This document shows positions 25,609 to 31,197 of a stretch of 31,197 nt of DNA, piece after piece. The stretch lies in the IMG/VR virus record IMGVR_UViG_3300044513_003511, positions 1 to 31,197 of that record; one strand, given 5' to 3'. The notes under the pieces were generated by a model. That model made no database searches. It was given only the letters and a program-made list of their open reading frames with translations, and was not told the origin of the DNA. This stretch comes from a virus (lineage: Duplodnaviria; Caudoviricetes). Within the stretch, counting starts at the first letter, position 1; every line of letters begins with the position of its first letter. A program made the translations under genes and the position numbers.

Positions 25609-26199
25609 ATGGAACTAATAATAGCATTAGCAATGAAATTTTGGCAGTGGACCATACTGATCGCAGTGGTGATAATCGGTGCGATAGTGAACTTCACAGA
25701 CAAGAGAAAAAAACCAGCACAGAAATTCAACTTCAAGGGATTTCCTGAACTGAAACCACTACCCATCAAGACAAAGGGCAAGGGTTTCTGGAAGGGCATC
25801 GTGATGTGGTTGCTTTCAACACGTAACTGGGAGATCACCAAGGACTGGAAGTACAATATCGACGGCACGGAATACGTGATACCAGCGGGATTCACTTTCG
25901 ATGGTGCCAGCATACCCAAGTTCCTAAGGACGTTCTTCTCACCAGTGGGAGTGTTGCTGATCGGTGGATTGGTACATGACTACGCATACAAATACAAGAC
26001 GCTACTTGAATCAAACAAGAAAAAGACAATGGGTGAATTGACTCAGAAGAAGGCGGACGATATATTCAGAGACATCAACATTGTTGTGAACGGTTTCTAC
26101 GTTATGAACTACCTAGCATACTACTCATTGAGACTAGGTGGATTCGTTGCCTGGAACGGACACAGGAAGAGAAACGCTAAAATAGAAGGTATTAAATAA
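25609..26199 (+). CDS. DUF1353-family protein with N-terminal TM
   Basis: IPAGFTFDGASIP, VHDYAY, ADDIF, LRLGG; TAAATA 25580-85 and SD GAGGAG upstream. Confidence 0.8.
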   Translation: MELIIALAMKFWQWTILIAVVIIGAIVNFTDKRKKPAQKFNFKGFPELKPLPIKTKGKGFWKGIVMWLLSTRNWEITKDWKYNIDGTEYVIPAGFTFDGASIPKFLRTFFSPVGVLLIGGLVHDYAYKYKTLLESNKKKTMGELTQKKADDIFRDINIVVNGFYVMNYLAYYSLRLGGFVAWNGHRKRNAKIEGIK

Positions 26200-26525
26200 T
26201 GGCTGAACTAAAAGAAGACATGATCGTAACGAAAAAAGAAGAAACAAGCATGATCAAGAAAGGCGCCCGGGATGGTTGGGAACTGATCAAGGTCATATGG
26301 GTGTTCCTCAGGGATGAACTGCCACAGTTCCTTTCCAACTGGAGAACAGTTCCAAGGATTATGATGGTACTGTACGGACTGGTTTTCTACAACACCATGG
26401 AGTGGTTCATGACACTGGAGAATCCAAACAACGCACAGGCAGGTTTCGTGTCTGTTGTTGTTGGTGCTGGCGCGGCCTGGTTCGGACTTTACGTCAACGG
26501 TAAAAAGACAGACATCAAGAAATAA
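26199..26525 (+). CDS. Two-TM membrane protein (holin candidate)
   Basis: WRTVPRIMM-TM, WFM..NP..AQAGFVSVVVGAGAAWFGLY-TM, basic C-terminus. Confidence 0.6.
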   Translation: MAELKEDMIVTKKEETSMIKKGARDGWELIKVIWVFLRDELPQFLSNWRTVPRIMMVLYGLVFYNTMEWFMTLENPNNAQAGFVSVVVGAGAAWFGLYVNGKKTDIKK

Positions 26526-26536
26526 TTACCACTGCG

Positions 26537-26564
26537 TTGACAAACGCACAATCTAGTGTAAAAT
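26537..26564 (+). promoter_or_regulatory. Sigma70 promoter (TTGACA-N16-TAAAAT)
   Basis: -10 ends 7 nt before ATG 26572. Confidence 0.7.
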
Positions 26565-26571
26565 AATAATG

Positions 26572-27444
26572 ATGAAGAATTATTATGACGTGCTAGGTGT
26601 GAATGAGCAAAGCACCAGTGCGGAGATCACAAAAGCATTTAAGGACCTGGCCAAGAAACATCACCCAGACAGGGGCGGTGACAAGGACAAGTTCCAGGAG
26701 ATCAGCGAAGCACACGACACACTGAAGAACTCACAGAAGAGACACGACTACGACACAATGCGTAAGTTCGGCAACGCCAACACGGGAGGCGGACAACATC
26801 CGTTCTTCAACGAGGACATCTTCGGTGACTTCTTCTCTGGTTTCCAGGGTGGTGACATGGACTTCAACACCAGTTTCAACTTCACCAGAGGACCGGGAGG
26901 AGAGAGGATATTCAGACAGAACAGACAACCGAGAGGCAACAGGAACGTGCAAGTAAGAATGGCTCTAAGCATCAAAGAGGCCATGTTGCATAATGAGAAG
27001 ACCATCAACTACAAACTGCCTAGCGGTAGAGAAGAGTTCGCAACGGTTAAGATTCCAGCAGGTGTGCAACACGGTGTCACATTCAAGTTCTCAGGCATGG
27101 GTGATGACTCAATCAGGAACATGCCAAGGGGAGACCTGATGGTTGTCATGAGTGTGCTGGACTCAGACGGCTACACAAGGAAGGGCAATGACCTATACAC
27201 AGACAAGACCATAGACTGTTTCCAGGCGGTGCGTGGACATGAATTCAATCTCCGGACACTAGAAGACAAGATAATTAAAGTAAAAGTACCGTCAGGCACA
27301 CAACCCAACACCATACTACAAGTCAAGGGACAGGGAATGCCCGTACACAAGACAATAGGCATACGTGGCAATCTTTATGTCAAGATACACGTACTGATAC
27401 CACAACTGAGTGCCGCTGACCTGAAGAAGATAAAGGACCTATGA
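26572..27444 (+). CDS. dnaJ: DnaJ class B (CbpA-like) co-chaperone
   Basis: YYDVLGV, HPD, G/F-rich linker, C-terminal domains, no zinc finger; alternative start 26569. Confidence 0.92.
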   Translation: MKNYYDVLGVNEQSTSAEITKAFKDLAKKHHPDRGGDKDKFQEISEAHDTLKNSQKRHDYDTMRKFGNANTGGGQHPFFNEDIFGDFFSGFQGGDMDFNTSFNFTRGPGGERIFRQNRQPRGNRNVQVRMALSIKEAMLHNEKTINYKLPSGREEFATVKIPAGVQHGVTFKFSGMGDDSIRNMPRGDLMVVMSVLDSDGYTRKGNDLYTDKTIDCFQAVRGHEFNLRTLEDKIIKVKVPSGTQPNTILQVKGQGMPVHKTIGIRGNLYVKIHVLIPQLSAADLKKIKDL

Positions 27445-27677
27445 GGACAAAGAAGAAATACATACACGTGAATCAACACGTGATCAGGGCAAACAAGAAG
27501 CACGGCACCAACGATCCCGTGATCACCATCAAGCAAGGTAGCAAGAACACCTACTGCCACGAGGTTGATATCAAAGGACCAAGCAAGATCGTGTACGGTG
27601 GCAACGACAAGCCGTTGTTGGCCTGTGGTGCGAGGGTGGTCATAGAGACCGAAGCGGACGTGGAGATAGTGAAATGA
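27441..27677 (+). CDS. Conserved phage hypothetical protein
   Basis: IHVNQHVIR...PVITIK...GPS..Y...KPL..CGARV.IET; ATGA-coupled at both ends. Confidence 0.8.
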   Translation: MRTKKKYIHVNQHVIRANKKHGTNDPVITIKQGSKNTYCHEVDIKGPSKIVYGGNDKPLLACGARVVIETEADVEIVK

Positions 27678-28168
27678 TACAAGTGTTCCAATACCCCTAC
27701 GAGACACTGCTACAGAACAGCACACCATGGACCCCGGATGATCGCATAGACGGGTATGATGACCTGGAAAGGTTTGAAACGGACATGATCAGGTTGATGC
27801 TTGATGAGAAGGGCATGGGACTGGCCGCAAACCAAATAGGCATTACCAAAAGATTCTTCGCGATAGGTCACGAGTCATTTGACACATTCCAAAAACATGC
27901 TATAATTTGGAATCCACAGGTGATTAACTCCAGTGAGGAGAAAGTGATCGACGTGGAAGGGTGTCTGAGTTTCAAAGACATTTTTGTTAAAGTAGAAAGA
28001 CCAAAAGTTATAGAAGTACAATATGAAACAACACAAGGAAAAACAAGATTCGCAAAACTCGACGGGATGGAGTCCAAGTGCTTCCAGCATGAACTCGATC
28101 ACCTTGATGGTATTACGTTTAATAAAAGAGTATCGAAATTACGATGGCAAATGGCAAACAAAGGATAG
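27674..28168 (+). CDS. def: Peptide deformylase
   Basis: GMGLAANQ, EGCLS, QHELDHLDG. Confidence 0.95.
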   Translation: MIQVFQYPYETLLQNSTPWTPDDRIDGYDDLERFETDMIRLMLDEKGMGLAANQIGITKRFFAIGHESFDTFQKHAIIWNPQVINSSEEKVIDVEGCLSFKDIFVKVERPKVIEVQYETTQGKTRFAKLDGMESKCFQHELDHLDGITFNKRVSKLRWQMANKG

Positions 28169-28171
28169 AAA

Positions 28172-30514
28172 ATGTTAGAAGCAAATGAAGGACTAGAGAA
28201 CATATTTGAGAACGCTGTGAAAGAAGCGGAGAAGAGGAGACATGAGTACGTCACGATTGAACATGTGTTGCTGTCTCTGATAAAAGACCAATACATCGGA
28301 ACCGTGTTACATGATTTCAAAGTGCAAGTGGGTGCAATGATCAAGGATGTAGAAGACTATCTTGACACCAAATGTAATGACATCATGGCCAAGGGCAGTG
28401 AACCAATGACCCCACGTAAGACAGCGTCACTAGAGAGACTGATGAACAGGGCGTTCACACAAGCACTGTTCCAAGGCAGACAGGATGTGAATTCTGTAGA
28501 CATTCTCATTAGCATATTTTCAGAGAAGAAGAGCTATGCGGCATTCTTCCTTAAGAAGCACCAGGTCAACAAACAGGATCTGATCGATCTTGTGTCAACA
28601 GAAACAATATTAGATGAGGGCATGGCCGGAATAGGCGGACCAGGTGAGGCAGGTCCAGAACAAAAACTGAGACCCAACCAAGCGGACAGAATACTAAAGA
28701 GCTATTGTGAGAACCTGAATCAGAAATACTTTGACAAGAAGATAGATCCTGTGATAGGAAGGGATCAAGAAACAGAGGATCTCAAACAGATATTGGCAAG
28801 AAGAAACAAGAACAACGTGTTGATCGTGGGTGACCCAGGTGTTGGTAAGACAGCGGTAGTAGAAGGACTTGCTAGAAGGATTGCGAAGAACAAGGACGAT
28901 GTACCGGAATACCTAAAGGATCACATCGTATGGAGCCTGGATGTCAACAGCCTAATCGCAGGAAGTAAATTCAGAGGCGACTTTGAAGAGAGACTGAAAC
29001 TGATTGTGAACGCACTTGACCAGAAGGGCAAGAGCATACTGTTCATAGACGAGGCACACATGATAGTGGGTGCTGGCGCGACAGGACAGGGCAACAACAT
29101 GGACATGGCTAATATGCTTAAACCTGCACTGCTGAAAGGATCTATCAAAGTACTTGCTTCTACTACATGGGAAGAATACAGAAAATACTTTGAGAAGGAC
29201 CGAGCATTGATGAGGAGGTTCCAGAGACTGCAAGTGGGAGAACCTAGCAAAGAGACAGCAGTCAAGATCCTGAAAGGTGTGAAACAGTACTACGAGAAGT
29301 TCCACGGATGCACCATCACAGACGAGGCCTGCGAGGACGCAGTAGACTACTCTACCAAATTCATCGCAGATAAGAAACTGCCAGACAAGGCCATAGACGT
29401 GATAGATGTGGCCTGTGCTAGACTAAGATTGAATGGGATCAAGGATGGACGGATAGATCACGAAGAGATCATACATGAGATAAGTGTGATGACCGGGATC
29501 AGTATAGAACAACTGTCTCAGAAACAGGCAAGTAATTTGAAAACACTTGAAGAGAAGATGAAACTACAGGTGTTCGGACAGGACAAAGCCATCAACACAA
29601 TCACAGATAAGATACTTGTTGCTAGAGCAGGATTAAAAAGTCTAACAAAGCCGGTTGGGTCATTCCTATTCCTAGGACCAACGGGGTGTGGTAAGACAGA
29701 GACAGCAAAACAACTGGCAAAAACACTAGGTGTTGAACTTATCAGGTTTGACATGAGTGAATACCAAGAGAAACACTCAATCGCAAAACTGATAGGATCG
29801 CCTCCAGGTTATGTTGGATACGAGGATTCAAACATGGGTGGTGGTATGTTCATCAATGAAGTGGAGAAGAACCCACACGCGGTTGTGTTATTTGACGAGA
29901 TTGAGAAAGCACACAGAGACGTGTCCAACATGCTGTTACAGGTCATGGACTACGGTACGGTGACGGGTTCCAACGGCAAGAAGGCAGACTGCAGGAACAT
30001 AACACTGATAATGACGTCTAACCTGGGAGCAGAGGAGAACGAGAGGAACAACATAGGATTCGGCAAGAGCGAGAGGACTGGAGAGGATGACAAGGCACTC
30101 AAGAAGTTCTTCCCACCGGAGTTCAGGAACAGATTGGACGCGGTTATCAAGTTCGACAAATTAGGCAAGGAAACGATGAAGTCCGTGGTCAAGAAGTTCC
30201 TGTTGGAACTGAACACAATGACCATGGAGAAGGACGTGGAAGTCAACGCCACGGAAGACGCCATAGAATTCTTGATGACCAAGGGGTTCGACGCCAAGTT
30301 AGGTGCGAGACCACTACAGCGGGTCATTGATGACGAGATCAAGAAACCGTTGAGTAAGATGATGTTGTTTGGTGAACTCACAGAAGGAGGCATGGTGGAA
30401 GTGGGACTTTCCGATGACATCGTACCTAAACTTACGGTAAATTTCAAGGCCAAGAAACAGCCAAAGACTATCGATCAATTTAAACCCAAAGTGTCTGGTG
30501 AGAAAAAAGCATAA
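28172..30514 (+). CDS. clpA: ATP-dependent Clp protease ATP-binding subunit ClpA
   Basis: Clp N-domain (RHEYVTIEH), Walker A motifs GDPGVGKT and GPTGCGKT, no M-domain, IGF loop, GARPL. Confidence 0.93.
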   Translation: MLEANEGLENIFENAVKEAEKRRHEYVTIEHVLLSLIKDQYIGTVLHDFKVQVGAMIKDVEDYLDTKCNDIMAKGSEPMTPRKTASLERLMNRAFTQALFQGRQDVNSVDILISIFSEKKSYAAFFLKKHQVNKQDLIDLVSTETILDEGMAGIGGPGEAGPEQKLRPNQADRILKSYCENLNQKYFDKKIDPVIGRDQETEDLKQILARRNKNNVLIVGDPGVGKTAVVEGLARRIAKNKDDVPEYLKDHIVWSLDVNSLIAGSKFRGDFEERLKLIVNALDQKGKSILFIDEAHMIVGAGATGQGNNMDMANMLKPALLKGSIKVLASTTWEEYRKYFEKDRALMRRFQRLQVGEPSKETAVKILKGVKQYYEKFHGCTITDEACEDAVDYSTKFIADKKLPDKAIDVIDVACARLRLNGIKDGRIDHEEIIHEISVMTGISIEQLSQKQASNLKTLEEKMKLQVFGQDKAINTITDKILVARAGLKSLTKPVGSFLFLGPTGCGKTETAKQLAKTLGVELIRFDMSEYQEKHSIAKLIGSPPGYVGYEDSNMGGGMFINEVEKNPHAVVLFDEIEKAHRDVSNMLLQVMDYGTVTGSNGKKADCRNITLIMTSNLGAEENERNNIGFGKSERTGEDDKALKKFFPPEFRNRLDAVIKFDKLGKETMKSVVKKFLLELNTMTMEKDVEVNATEDAIEFLMTKGFDAKLGARPLQRVIDDEIKKPLSKMMLFGELTEGGMVEVGLSDDIVPKLTVNFKAKKQPKTIDQFKPKVSGEKKA

Positions 30515-31109
30515 CAAATTGTATTACAATAGGTTTTCGTATAAAACTGTTTTTAAAATGCCAGGGAGCCTAATGTTCTATCCAACCACTGATGAACATT
30601 TGATAGATCTCAAGAAAGAGTACTCCGAGGCACCCGACATCAATGCACTGGCCGATTTTATAATCAAACACAGAGAAAACATCAAGTTTAGGTTCCAAGA
30701 CAAGAACGCCATATTCTATTCGGATAAGTCGTTGGCACAGGTGTTGATTGATAGATTCTGGACCTTCTGGATCGGCAGTACAGAGGTCAGTGACTATGCG
30801 ATCAAACTTAATAAAAATGAAGTGGCCTGTAAAAGACTGCCACATGGCAAATACCCATATCAAGTGCATTTGAAAAAAGATACCCACAGGTATTTCAATG
30901 AGTCAGAAAGAAAAGCACTGTGGGAATTTGTAAACAACAGTGACAGTGTACATATCACACACAGGTATGTTAAAGAGTATTTGTCAGGACAAACAGATTT
31001 CTGTTACGATGGCTACTTCTATGTCAAAGAGGAGAAGGTGCTTACCTTACTTTACATGCTGGCACAAAAAGGTATTAACAAAGTAATTAAATTCATAAAG
31101 GAGAAATAA
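30498..31109 (+). CDS. Hypothetical protein
   Basis: 203-aa ORF with GTG start overlapping clpA. Confidence 0.75.
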   Translation: MRKKHNKLYYNRFSYKTVFKMPGSLMFYPTTDEHLIDLKKEYSEAPDINALADFIIKHRENIKFRFQDKNAIFYSDKSLAQVLIDRFWTFWIGSTEVSDYAIKLNKNEVACKRLPHGKYPYQVHLKKDTHRYFNESERKALWEFVNNSDSVHITHRYVKEYLSGQTDFCYDGYFYVKEEKVLTLLYMLAQKGINKVIKFIKEK

Positions 31110-31197
31110 TGGAAGCGATAAAAAAACTAAGAGACAAGAACATATTCAATGATCAGAGCATAGTGGAGAGCATGATCCAGAAGAACTGGATGGGAAG
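31109..31197 (+). CDS. Hypothetical protein, partial (runs off right edge)
   Basis: AAGGAG SD, TAATG coupling, MEAIKKLRDKNIFNDQSIVESMIQKNWMG... Confidence 0.7.
   Translation, partial: MEAIKKLRDKNIFNDQSIVESMIQKNWMG

Noticed and set aside
1-31197. Stop-codon reassignment, tRNAs, CRISPR arrays, introns/inteins, intrinsic terminators
   Set aside because: TAA, TAG and TGA all end intact genes; intergenic gaps are short and show no cloverleaf, spaced repeats or GC hairpin with U-tract by eye.

Overview
31 kb of a large tailed dsDNA phage genome (myovirus-like; by gene content similar to the GAP32/RaK2-type jumbo-phage lineages, which is inference). Genes are densely packed, mostly on the + strand, in the standard genetic code. 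No rRNA, tRNA, CRISPR or transposase was seen. From left to right: (i) host-takeover, repair and modification genes: two radical SAM proteins, RimK, a DEDDh exonuclease, a HIT hydrolase, an MBD4-like glycosylase, QueD, glycosyltransferase-like genes and IscA/ErpA; (ii) a virion block: three gp9/gp10-N-motif paralogs and an Ig-repeat protein; (iii) a stand-alone DnaE fragment, GroES, a ParB-like protein, UvsE and a clamp loader; (iv) a lysis block with an M15 peptidase and two-component spanins, implying a Gram-negative host; (v) DnaJ, peptide deformylase and ClpA. The most notable signals are: a preQ1-I-like pseudoknot in front of queD; sigma70 and TAAATA promoters placed 5-10 nt before ATGs with no Shine-Dalgarno (SD), suggesting widespread leaderless mRNAs; a recurring D-S-T / D-G-S-S motif in virion proteins that may be a modification sequon; AT-rich enzyme genes bracketed by short direct repeats spanning start codons; and a 131-bp near-identical segment shared by two otherwise diverged tail paralogs. 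All calls come from reading motifs by eye; no searches were run.
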